Origin: a virus
Length of the DNA stretch: 64,000 nt
Reading direction: 5' to 3' (one strand)
Virus record (IMG/VR): IMGVR_UViG_3300020190_000010
Location: 64,001-128,000 of that record
The notes beneath the pieces are model-generated. The model did not search any database. It was not told where the DNA came from and saw only the letters and a list, made by a program, of their open reading frames with translations. The position numbers were made by a program, and so were the translations under genes. How positions within the stretch are numbered: the first letter of the stretch is position 1; each line of letters begins with the position of its first letter. Positions 55,376-63,985 of the stretch are shown in pieces.

Positions 55376-56590
55376 ATGACATTTCAAGAAAAACCTTCGG
55401 TTTGCATTCCAATTACAAGCAATCCAAACAAACACCCGTCTGCAGTTGGCATTATTGGTATGTATTTTCTATTTACCGATGGGGAAGAACAATACATAAA
55501 TTTTACACATCCAGATGAAGTAGATACAGACATTAAGTTAAATGAAATAAAATTGCATCCAAAAACACTTGTATTCAATAAGAAAGCATTGGCATATAAC
55601 GGTTTCAATGATGGTATCGATCTAAATTCATATGTACATTATTATACATCAGACTATATCAATCCAAAAGAATTTTATCCGAAGGGTATGGAAACGCTCG
55701 CCAATAAATTTTACAAAATAGAAGATTTAGGTCATGTCATACCACTTTCAAAACAATTGGAATGGGCAAGAAAGATTGCAAAATATGTTATGAGAGTTTA
55801 TACAGAAAACCCAATTGAACAGAGTTGTATAGATTACTGTAATGATTTCATAAATGTATTCCATGAAATAGAAAAGAATGATATTCTTGTTGGCGATGAA
55901 ACGAAGAAACAAAATTATATGTGGTATACTGCAACAGGTAGACCGAGTAATGCTTGGGATGGTTTTAATTTCTCTGCAATGAATAAGAAAGACGGCAGTA
56001 GAGATAAAATTAGTTCAAGATTTGAAGGCGGTAAGATAGTTCAATTTGATTATGATGCGTTCCATATAAAACTACTTGCTAAGATATTGGATTATCAATT
56101 TGAATATCATCCGTATGAGCAGATACAGAGTGATTTGGATATGGACATGGACTATGACCAATTCAAATCAAAAGTATTTCAAAACATATATGGAACAATT
56201 ACGCCTGAATTTATGAACCACACTTTCTTTAGATCAGTTCAGGCACTCATAGATGAAATGTATTCCTTATATGAAACCGATGGCATGGTAAAGTCTTGGT
56301 TTTACGAAAAGAATTTCAGAGATATTCAAGATGCAACACCTAATAAAGTATTCAATTATGTTCTTCAATCATTGGAAACCGAATACAATGTCCGTAAGAT
56401 AAAAAGTATTTTACCACATTTACAAAATAAGAAGTCTGTGTTTATGATGTATCTTTATGATGCTTTTGTTTTTGATATTCATCCAGATGAAATGGATTTA
56501 ATTGACACTCTGCAGTCTGCATTTGAGACAGATAATATGTCAATAAAAATTTATGTTGGCGAGGATTTTGGTAACATTAAACAAATTTAG
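55376..56590 (+). CDS. Short, divergent family A DNA polymerase
   Basis: TATGRPSN, motif A FDYDAFH, motif B KSKVFQNIYG, NYVLQSLETE, motif C YLYDAFVFD. Confidence 0.75.
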   Translation: MTFQEKPSVCIPITSNPNKHPSAVGIIGMYFLFTDGEEQYINFTHPDEVDTDIKLNEIKLHPKTLVFNKKALAYNGFNDGIDLNSYVHYYTSDYINPKEFYPKGMETLANKFYKIEDLGHVIPLSKQLEWARKIAKYVMRVYTENPIEQSCIDYCNDFINVFHEIEKNDILVGDETKKQNYMWYTATGRPSNAWDGFNFSAMNKKDGSRDKISSRFEGGKIVQFDYDAFHIKLLAKILDYQFEYHPYEQIQSDLDMDMDYDQFKSKVFQNIYGTITPEFMNHTFFRSVQALIDEMYSLYETDGMVKSWFYEKNFRDIQDATPNKVFNYVLQSLETEYNVRKIKSILPHLQNKKSVFMMYLYDAFVFDIHPDEMDLIDTLQSAFETDNMSIKIYVGEDFGNIKQI

Positions 56591-56594
56591 GAAC

Positions 56595-56602
56595 ATATTT
56601 AT
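56595..56602 (+). promoter_or_regulatory. Candidate late promoter ATATTTAT
   Basis: Intergenic, after the polymerase gene. Confidence 0.55.
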
Positions 56603-56640
56603 ATTAAGTGCGGAAATTTACAAAAAATGAGAGAAAATTA

Positions 56641-57030
56641 TTGAAGACACAGCTTGTATGTACTTTTGCAAGAAAATACCAAGTTCAAGAAACTTTGGAT
56701 AATATAAAAGAAAATTTTTCTATATTAAACAACAAAGTATTTCATTTTAAGTCTTTTGATACAAAAGAAGATGTAATACTTTCGTATAATGTCATAATGG
56801 ATAGTTACAAAAAATTTCTCCCAAATTCAATAATGGTTCATCAAAAACGAGAAACAAATACGATATACACAATAAATGCTCTAAATGAATTGATAATGAA
56901 TTTGAATAATGGTATACTTGATAAAAAATATCCTATTGAATGGGAAAGATACCGTAATTGTGCACTTCTTAAAAATAAAGAAGGTTTCCGTGTTGTTAAG
57001 ATATTTTTAGTTAGAGTGTATAATTGGTAA
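56641..57030 (+). CDS. Conserved-looking phage hypothetical protein
   Basis: (M)KTQLVCTF...HQKRETNTIYTINALN. TTG start inferred. Confidence 0.65.
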   Translation: MKTQLVCTFARKYQVQETLDNIKENFSILNNKVFHFKSFDTKEDVILSYNVIMDSYKKFLPNSIMVHQKRETNTIYTINALNELIMNLNNGILDKKYPIEWERYRNCALLKNKEGFRVVKIFLVRVYNW

Positions 57031-57045
57031 TTTAATTTCAATTCT

Positions 57046-57053
57046 ATATTTAT
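57046..57053 (+). promoter_or_regulatory. Candidate late promoter ATATTTAT
   Basis: Intergenic, before 57079. Confidence 0.55.
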
Positions 57054-57078
57054 TATGAGAACAATTAAAAGATAAAAC

Positions 57079-57408
57079 ATGAAAAATAAACACAACAAAG
57101 AAAATTTGATAAATGAAATTACAAAAAAACTTGTAAATGTTTTTTGCAAGTTTAACTTTATCAATGAAGCAAGTGGATTTGATACAATTTTTGATGAACT
57201 AAAAAAGAAACTAACAGATATATCAATGCTTCCGGATAATGTTATAGATGCTAGTAAGTATAAAGAACATGAGATAATAGATGCACTAAAATCAATTGGC
57301 TACGAATATAAAAAGCCAATGTCTGGTAAATTACACTTTTTTAATAAAAAAACAAGTATAAGTGTTTATTTGATCCAAAAAGACTCAAAAATAACTCTAA
57401 TACCATGA
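57079..57408 (+). CDS. Hypothetical protein
   Basis: ORF track, late motif upstream. Confidence 0.65.
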   Translation: MKNKHNKENLINEITKKLVNVFCKFNFINEASGFDTIFDELKKKLTDISMLPDNVIDASKYKEHEIIDALKSIGYEYKKPMSGKLHFFNKKTSISVYLIQKDSKITLIP

Positions 57409-58028
57409 GTAAAAAAATGAAAAGAAAAATCGTAAATGAATCAATATCGCAATCTGCAATTAGTCCTTTTACTTATATTGTATTAATTGATGCATTAAAT
57501 TTGGCAGAAAAGGGGAAGGGTAATATATTGTATATGTTTCCAAAGGAAAGTCCTTCATCTATAAAATTTTTATTTAAGAAATTGTTTAATTCAGATTCAT
57601 ACCGAAGTGGTAAGGACTCGTTACAATCAATATCGTCTAGATTCCATAACAATTCAGATTTAATTACACTCTATAAGGCAGTTAATTCATTAAAAAGTAT
57701 GCCATATACTGAAAGTGAAAAAGAAAAACATGAAAATGATATTCAAAAATTAACAGAAAAAATATCCGGTTTTATTAAAAGAAGATTGACGGCCGAAGAT
57801 GAAGAAGTTATAGAAATGTTTTTGTCAGAATTAAATCATGTTGCTGAGAAAATTTCTTTGAAAATACAAGAAGAAGTAGATACTGCTATTCAGACTAATG
57901 AAGTTCCTCCTGAATCGGAAGAACCACAAAAAAAATCAGATAAGGTTGAAGAAAGATTAAAAAATAAACTTCGTAAGAAGATAAAAGAAATAGTAAGAAC
58001 TCATTTGTTATCAAACAATATAAGATAA
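57405..58028 (+). CDS. Hypothetical helical protein
   Basis: ORF track. ATGA overlap with the previous gene. Confidence 0.65.
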   Translation: MSKKMKRKIVNESISQSAISPFTYIVLIDALNLAEKGKGNILYMFPKESPSSIKFLFKKLFNSDSYRSGKDSLQSISSRFHNNSDLITLYKAVNSLKSMPYTESEKEKHENDIQKLTEKISGFIKRRLTAEDEEVIEMFLSELNHVAEKISLKIQEEVDTAIQTNEVPPESEEPQKKSDKVEERLKNKLRKKIKEIVRTHLLSNNIR

Positions 58029-58030
58029 AA

Positions 58031-58675
58031 ATGATTAAGTTAATTGACTTGCTAAAAGAAATTGAAATTGAAAAGGGTGCATTTCATGGATATGGGATGA
58101 AACCAAAAGATATGCGGGTTGATGCGTGTAATGTAGAATGGACAAGTCCAGAACAAGATACAGGATGTCCTGCTTTTTCTGACTCAACAAGTGTAACAAC
58201 CGAAGATATTGAAAAAGCGATATTGTATTTGAATGAAGAAAATCCTAAAACATTGATTGCTTATTCACGTGGTGGAGCAATACTTCTTCAGGCATTATCA
58301 ATGGGTGCAAAAAAGCCAGATACCGTTTACCTTGTTGCTCCTGCATGGAATAGACAATGGCCAACGGTAACTTTAACTGGTTCTGAAATTAGCGGTAACG
58401 GTGCAATTATTCACGGCGGTAGTGATAATATAGTTCCATTAAAACATTCTGTGATGTTGGCAAAAGAAAGTGGTATGCCATTATATGTTTTTCCTGGTGC
58501 AAATCATGTGAACATATTAAAAAATAAAGATAATCCAACATCAGGAAAGTGGATGAAAGATGTTAGAAGTGCTAAGGCATTTCATATAATGTCTGTTCTT
58601 CCAGATTGGGGTAAAACTGGTCAGGCATCGCCAGAAGAACTTAAAATACAAGAAGAATTTGTTAATACGATTTAG
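58031..58675 (+). CDS. Alpha/beta-hydrolase fold protein
   Basis: AFHGYG, LIAYSRGGA (nucleophile elbow), IIHGGSDNIVP (Asp) and GANH (His). Confidence 0.8.
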   Translation: MIKLIDLLKEIEIEKGAFHGYGMKPKDMRVDACNVEWTSPEQDTGCPAFSDSTSVTTEDIEKAILYLNEENPKTLIAYSRGGAILLQALSMGAKKPDTVYLVAPAWNRQWPTVTLTGSEISGNGAIIHGGSDNIVPLKHSVMLAKESGMPLYVFPGANHVNILKNKDNPTSGKWMKDVRSAKAFHIMSVLPDWGKTGQASPEELKIQEEFVNTI

Positions 58676-58680
58676 AGAGA

Positions 58681-59523
58681 ATGTTGATGAAAAATTCATT
58701 GAAAAGTTTAGTAAACGAAGTTAAAGTAAAACTAAATGAAGAAGATGCACAAGAAGAATTGAAAAAAATTCTTAAAAAAGATTATGTTTCATTTGTAAAA
58801 GAGCTGGGTGATAATATAAAGGATCCTAAATTTGTTGATGCCATAAAATCTTTATCGTCAGATGCTCCAGTTAAAACATCTGCCGCTTCTCCTGTTTGCA
58901 CAGATTTACAGCCAACTCAAAATGAAGTTGTTATGGATAAATCATTGAGCTATCCGTTAAAAGATGCTGCAAGTGCAGAGGCCTGTTTGAAAGGTGGTGT
59001 AGTTGCACCTGCTGGAAAATCAATTGTAACAGGTGGTGGTGGTAAATTTGTTATTGACGGACACCACCGTTGGTCACAAGTATTCTGTCTTAATCCTGAT
59101 GCAAAGATAAAGGCAGTTGATTTAACGGATATTAAAAAACCACTCGAAGCACTTAAAGCCACTCAAATTGGTATTGCTGCTCAAACTGGAACAGTTCCAA
59201 CTGCAGCCGGTGGTGGTGTAAATCTGTTTCAAGTTGGTGAGAGTGAATTGAAAAAATATGTTATTGATAATATAAAAGAGCCAGTTGTTGAAGTGTTTAA
59301 GAAATATGATAAAGGCGATACACCAGAAGCGATTGCGGACTATATTTGGGGTAATGTAGAAACATTGAAAAAACAAAGTCCTCCAGTTGCAGGTGCTCCA
59401 AAGCGTGATGTTATGCCTCAAACAGATGATGCACCAGCTTGGGTTGATAACACATTCAATGTGGAAAAAATACCAGAAACGATTGTTCGTAGATTAAAGG
59501 AACTTATGAAATACAATAAATGA
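58681..59523 (+). CDS. Second ParB/Srx-fold domain protein without HTH
   Basis: LQPTQNE...FVIDGHHRWSQ. Confidence 0.7.
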   Translation: MLMKNSLKSLVNEVKVKLNEEDAQEELKKILKKDYVSFVKELGDNIKDPKFVDAIKSLSSDAPVKTSAASPVCTDLQPTQNEVVMDKSLSYPLKDAASAEACLKGGVVAPAGKSIVTGGGGKFVIDGHHRWSQVFCLNPDAKIKAVDLTDIKKPLEALKATQIGIAAQTGTVPTAAGGGVNLFQVGESELKKYVIDNIKEPVVEVFKKYDKGDTPEAIADYIWGNVETLKKQSPPVAGAPKRDVMPQTDDAPAWVDNTFNVEKIPETIVRRLKELMKYNK

Positions 59524-59524
59524 T

Positions 59525-59560
59525 AATATGGGAAATCTTCGGATTTCCCATATTTATTTA
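59525..59560 (+). terminator. Intrinsic terminator with a C(UUCG)G tetraloop
   Basis: AATATGGGAAATC-TTCG-GATTTCCCATATT. Confidence 0.85.
59550..59557 (+). promoter_or_regulatory. Candidate late promoter ATATTTAT overlapping a terminator stem
   Basis: Before the gp32 operon. Confidence 0.4.
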
Positions 59561-59579
59561 TAGAATAAAATAAAAATTG

Positions 59580-59611
59580 CTTGCTTATTAAACATTAAAT
59601 TCATATATTAG
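59580..59611 (+). promoter_or_regulatory. Bacteroidota-type promoter variant upstream of the replication operon
   Basis: CTTG (59580-59583), 20 nt, TATATTAG (59604-59611). Confidence 0.55.
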
Positions 59612-59683
59612 TATTGTTCTATTAGACATAACATTCTTTTAGTAACGATTAAACATTATTTATTACACATTTGGAGAAACATC

Positions 59684-60439
59684 ATGGCTATTAACCTAGA
59701 TGCAATCAAGAGTCGTTTGAACTCTCTAAAAAACACAAACAATCGCACATCTAACATTTGGAAACCCGATCCGGGTGAAACTCAAATCAGAATTGTTCCC
59801 TACATTCATAACAGAGAAAATCCGTTTATCGAATTGTATTTCCATTACAATTTGGGTAAGAGATCTATTCTTTCTCCTGCATCATTTGGTCGTCCTGATC
59901 CAGTGGTTGAGTTTGCAGAAAAACTTAAACAAACTGGTGATAAAGAAGATTGGGTAATGGGTAGAAAATTGGAACCCAAAATGCGTATCTATGTTCCTGT
60001 TATTGTTCGTGGTCAAGAAAATGAAGGTGTAAAGTTTTGGGGATTTGGTAAACAAATTTATGAAGAACTACTTGCTTTCTTTGTTGATCCTGATTACGGT
60101 GATTTGTCTGATGCAAAATCTGGTCGTGACATTGTTGTTACCGTTAAGTCACCAGAAGAAGCCGGTAAGACTTATGCAGAAACAAGTATTCGTGTTAAAC
60201 CAAAAGAAACACCTATTACAGAAAGTGCAGAAGTTCTTGAAAAGATTAAGTCACAACCACAAATTACAGAATTGTATCCAGAACCATCTTATGATGATTT
60301 GAAGATTCAGTTACAAACTTGGATGGGTGCTTCTTCACAAGAAGAAGAATCAAAAGATCTCAATTACAAACAAGAAAAGAGTGACAGCTCAAACACACCT
60401 GCAGAAGATGTCGGTGTTACATTTGATGATTTATTTTAA
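59684..60439 (+). CDS. gp32: Single-stranded DNA-binding protein (T4 gp32-like)
   Basis: WKP...IRIVP, PF.E.YFHY, GVKFWGFGKQIY, GRDI and acidic tail FDDLF. Confidence 0.85.
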   Translation: MAINLDAIKSRLNSLKNTNNRTSNIWKPDPGETQIRIVPYIHNRENPFIELYFHYNLGKRSILSPASFGRPDPVVEFAEKLKQTGDKEDWVMGRKLEPKMRIYVPVIVRGQENEGVKFWGFGKQIYEELLAFFVDPDYGDLSDAKSGRDIVVTVKSPEEAGKTYAETSIRVKPKETPITESAEVLEKIKSQPQITELYPEPSYDDLKIQLQTWMGASSQEEESKDLNYKQEKSDSSNTPAEDVGVTFDDLF

Positions 60440-60451
60440 TAAGGGTGAGTT

Positions 60452-61600
60452 ATGGCAAAATCAAAGAGTGATCTTTCCGATGAACTCGGTGGGCTCATTG
60501 CCGAAACTATAAACAAACAATTCAAAACTCAAAACATTAAGACTGCTTACTTTCTTGAAGGTGATAGTGATGCACCTACGATAGTAAAAGAATGGGTAGG
60601 AACTGGCTCAACCATGTTGGATTTGGCCATTTCTAATCGTAAGTATGGTGGTTTTCCTGTTGGTCGTGTATCTGAAATAACAGGTCTCGAACAATCTGGT
60701 AAATCTCTATTGGCAGCCCATGCACTTCTTAACACACAAAAGAAAGGTGGTCTTGCTGTTTATATTGATACCGAGAATGCAATATCAACTGAATATCTAA
60801 CCGCAATCGGTTTGAACTTGAAAGATATGTTATACATTCCATTGGAAACAGTAGAAGATATTTTTGAAACCGTTGATGTTATCATTGATAAGGTTCGTTC
60901 ATCCGATAAAGATAGATTGGTAACGATAGTAGTTGATTCGATAGCCGGTGCATCCACTAAAACAGAAATGGCTGCAGATTTTGATAAGGATGGTTATGCT
61001 ACGGCAAAGGCACTTATCATTTCAAAGGCAATGAGAAAGATTACAAATCTTATCGGTAGAGAGCGTATTTGTTTGATTATTACAAATCAACTTCGTCAGA
61101 AACTCAATGCTCCAGCATTTTCTGATCCTTGGACAACACCTGGTGGTAAAGGTATTCCTTTCCATGCTTCTGTTCGTCTTCGTCTTTCTTCAATCGGTGC
61201 CATAAAAGCAAAGAGAGAAGGTCGTGATGAAATTGTTGGTTCAAGGATTAAGGCGAAATTGGTGAAGAACAGAGTAGGTCCTCCGCTGCGTGAATGTGAA
61301 TATGAAGTTTATTTTGATAGTGGTATAGATGATTATTCATCATGGCTAACTGTGATGAAAGAACACAATCTTGTTTCTCAATCTGGTGCATGGTATTCAT
61401 GGACAGACAAAAGAACTGGAGAAGTCATTAAGTTTCAATCAAAGGAATTTGTTGAAAAGATTATGAGTAATCCCCAATTGTATGATATAGTTTATGATGA
61501 AATCGCTGAGAAAGTAATTATGAAATATAAGAAACTGGATGAGGCACGCATAGATGACGTAACACTTTCCGATGAACCATTATTACAAGATGAAGTATGA
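60452..61600 (+). CDS. uvsX: RecA/UvsX recombinase
   Basis: TGSTMLD, GLEQSGKS, YIDTE, IVVDS, TNQLR, TPGG and KNRVGPP motifs. Confidence 0.95.
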   Translation: MAKSKSDLSDELGGLIAETINKQFKTQNIKTAYFLEGDSDAPTIVKEWVGTGSTMLDLAISNRKYGGFPVGRVSEITGLEQSGKSLLAAHALLNTQKKGGLAVYIDTENAISTEYLTAIGLNLKDMLYIPLETVEDIFETVDVIIDKVRSSDKDRLVTIVVDSIAGASTKTEMAADFDKDGYATAKALIISKAMRKITNLIGRERICLIITNQLRQKLNAPAFSDPWTTPGGKGIPFHASVRLRLSSIGAIKAKREGRDEIVGSRIKAKLVKNRVGPPLRECEYEVYFDSGIDDYSSWLTVMKEHNLVSQSGAWYSWTDKRTGEVIKFQSKEFVEKIMSNPQLYDIVYDEIAEKVIMKYKKLDEARIDDVTLSDEPLLQDEV

Positions 61601-62643
61601 ACCGTAAATATCAAAGACTTTTACAAGAAATAGAAACAGAAAAACAAGAACAAGAGAACTATCATCGTGATAGTAAGGTTTTGATTGTAGATGGGATGAA
61701 CCTTTTTATACGCACATTTTCTGCCATCCCAACATTAAACGAAGATGGTATTCATGTTGGTGGATTATCTGGTTTCTTGAAGTCTCTTGGAGCAACAATC
61801 CGTATGGTTAATCCCACACGGGTTGTTGTTGTCTTTGATGGTAAGGGTGGTTCACAGAGAAGAAAAGAAATTTATTCAAACTATAAGGAAGGTAGGGCAA
61901 TCAAGTCACGGTTAAACCGTGTAGTTGGGTTTGAAGATATTGAAGATGAACAATCCTCAATTAAGTATCAACTGTTTCGTGTTTTTTCATACCTACAAAA
62001 TTTGCCACTAACAATAATCTCCATTGATAAAATAGAAGCAGATGATGTGATTGCCTACCTTTCTTCTTATTTCAAAGAAAAATGTGTAATACTTTCCAAT
62101 GACCGAGACTTTTTACAATTGGTTTCGGATAGAGTTAGTGTTTATCTGCCAACCAAAAAGAAAATGTATACACCAGAAAACCTTTTGGAAGAAACGGGTA
62201 TTTGGTGTGAGAATTATATCATATACAAATCTTTACTTGGCGATAAGAGTGATAATGTAGTTGGCATTCGTGGTCTCGGTGACAAAACGATATTAAAATT
62301 CTTTCCAGAATTATCAGAAAAAAGAAAAATTGATTTGGAAATGTTCGTAGAAATTTGTAAATTACATGATAATAAATCCAAAGCAATTCAAGAATTAAAG
62401 AACAACCTAAATGTATTGCAAACCAATCATAGAATAATGCAATTGAGTGATGTTGAAATTTCACAAAGCACTAAATCAACATTAAGACATTTAGTTGATG
62501 GTGAAATTGACGGTATCAATAAAGTTGAACTGAATAAATTATTTGTAGAAGATAAACTACAAAATGTTTTATTGAATTGGGATGTATGGGTTCAAAATAA
62601 TTTTACAACATTAAATTCCATTAGGAACAAATATGCAGGATAA
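61597..62643 (+). CDS. rnh: 5'-3' exonuclease / T4 RNase H (FEN family)
   Basis: VDGMNLFIR, VFDGKGG, YKEGR, EADD, SNDRDFLQL and GDKSDNVVGI.GLG.KT motifs. Confidence 0.92.
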   Translation: MNRKYQRLLQEIETEKQEQENYHRDSKVLIVDGMNLFIRTFSAIPTLNEDGIHVGGLSGFLKSLGATIRMVNPTRVVVVFDGKGGSQRRKEIYSNYKEGRAIKSRLNRVVGFEDIEDEQSSIKYQLFRVFSYLQNLPLTIISIDKIEADDVIAYLSSYFKEKCVILSNDRDFLQLVSDRVSVYLPTKKKMYTPENLLEETGIWCENYIIYKSLLGDKSDNVVGIRGLGDKTILKFFPELSEKRKIDLEMFVEICKLHDNKSKAIQELKNNLNVLQTNHRIMQLSDVEISQSTKSTLRHLVDGEIDGINKVELNKLFVEDKLQNVLLNWDVWVQNNFTTLNSIRNKYAG

Positions 62644-63985
62644 TTTATCCCAATATGGTCATACCTTTCAGACAAAAGTAGTCACTTCATTATTAAACGA
62701 TAGAGCATTTTTACAACAAGTTTCAGATATTATCGAACCAAATTATTTTGAGTCTCAAGCAAATAGTTGGGTTGTTGAAAAGATAATGTCCTATTATGAG
62801 AAGTATAAAACTGCACCAACTGCTGAAGTTTTCAAGTCTGAATTGATTACCGTTGAAGATAAAGTTTTGAAGAGCACTATTGCAGATGCTCTGAAAGAAA
62901 GTGCAAAGTATAAAGATAGTTCTGATGCAGAATATGTTAAATCAACTACTCTTGAATTTTGTAAAAATCAAAAGATGAAAGTTGCAATTATTGAGTCGGT
63001 TGATTTGCTTAAGAGTGGTAAGTATGATTTAATAAAAAAGAAAATTGATACTGCATTGAAAGCCGGAACTGACAAAGATATTGGACATGAATATCTTGTA
63101 GATATTATTGCTCGTTATGAAGAAGGTGCAAGAAGTTGTGTATCTACTGGATGGAATGTAGTTGATGATATTACAAACGGTGGATTGGCTGCTGGTGAGT
63201 TGGGTGTTATCATTGCTCCTGCCGGTGGCGGTAAGTCTTGGGGATTGGTAAGTATTGCCGCTCAAGCAGTTAAGGCCGGTAAGAGAGTTGTTTATTATAC
63301 ACTTGAACTCAATCAGTTTTATGTTGCAAGAAGATTTGATGCTTACTTTACAAAGATTGCATTTCAAAATCTTAACGAAGAATATGCACAAGAGAAAATC
63401 CGTGATACAATGGAAACTATCAAAGGTGACTTGATTGTAAAGTATTATCCAACCAAAACCGCAAGTATCACAACAATAACATCACATATAGAGAAATGCA
63501 TCAGTCAAGGTAAACCACCTGATTTAGTTATAGTTGATTATGCAGACTTGATAAGACCTGCAAAAGCCGGTGATAAAAGATTGGAACTAAATGATATTTA
63601 TGAAGACTTGCGTGGTGTTGGCGGAACTTATGGAATACCTATTTGGACTGCATCACAAGCAAATCGTTCTGCTCTTGAAGATGATGTGATTGAAGGTGGT
63701 AAAGTTTCAGAATCATATAACAAAATTATGATTGCAGATTTCATTATGTCTCTATCAAGAAAATTGAATGATAAAGTTGGTGGAACAGGCAGATGGCATA
63801 TTATTAAAAATCGTTTCGGTCCTGATGGTATGACATTCCCAAGTAAAATAAATACAATGACTGGCCACATTGAAATATACGAACCAAGTTCTGACATGGG
63901 ACAAAATGTTCAAACATCAATGAAAGGTGACGTGAATGTTAAGAAAGCTCTTTCACAAAAGTTCAAAGAATTGGAAGGGTTTTAG
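62633..63985 (+). CDS. gp41: Replicative DnaB-family helicase (T4 gp41-like)
   Basis: APAGGGKS, YYTLEL, IVDYADL, WTASQANR and KNRFG motifs. Confidence 0.93.
   Translation: MQDNLSQYGHTFQTKVVTSLLNDRAFLQQVSDIIEPNYFESQANSWVVEKIMSYYEKYKTAPTAEVFKSELITVEDKVLKSTIADALKESAKYKDSSDAEYVKSTTLEFCKNQKMKVAIIESVDLLKSGKYDLIKKKIDTALKAGTDKDIGHEYLVDIIARYEEGARSCVSTGWNVVDDITNGGLAAGELGVIIAPAGGGKSWGLVSIAAQAVKAGKRVVYYTLELNQFYVARRFDAYFTKIAFQNLNEEYAQEKIRDTMETIKGDLIVKYYPTKTASITTITSHIEKCISQGKPPDLVIVDYADLIRPAKAGDKRLELNDIYEDLRGVGGTYGIPIWTASQANRSALEDDVIEGGKVSESYNKIMIADFIMSLSRKLNDKVGGTGRWHIIKNRFGPDGMTFPSKINTMTGHIEIYEPSSDMGQNVQTSMKGDVNVKKALSQKFKELEGF

Noticed and set aside
1042-63897. Many minus-strand and alternative-frame ORFs in the track (e.g. 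1441-1968, 8148-8660, 8260-8811, 16337-16717, 43251-43844)
   Set aside because: They are shadows of + strand genes, arising from codon bias or repeats. They have no SD or promoter and no recognisable domains.
18092-63985. Inteins or group I introns in terminase, capsid, RecA or helicase
   Set aside because: Lengths are ordinary and motifs are contiguous. No intein or homing endonuclease signatures were noticed.
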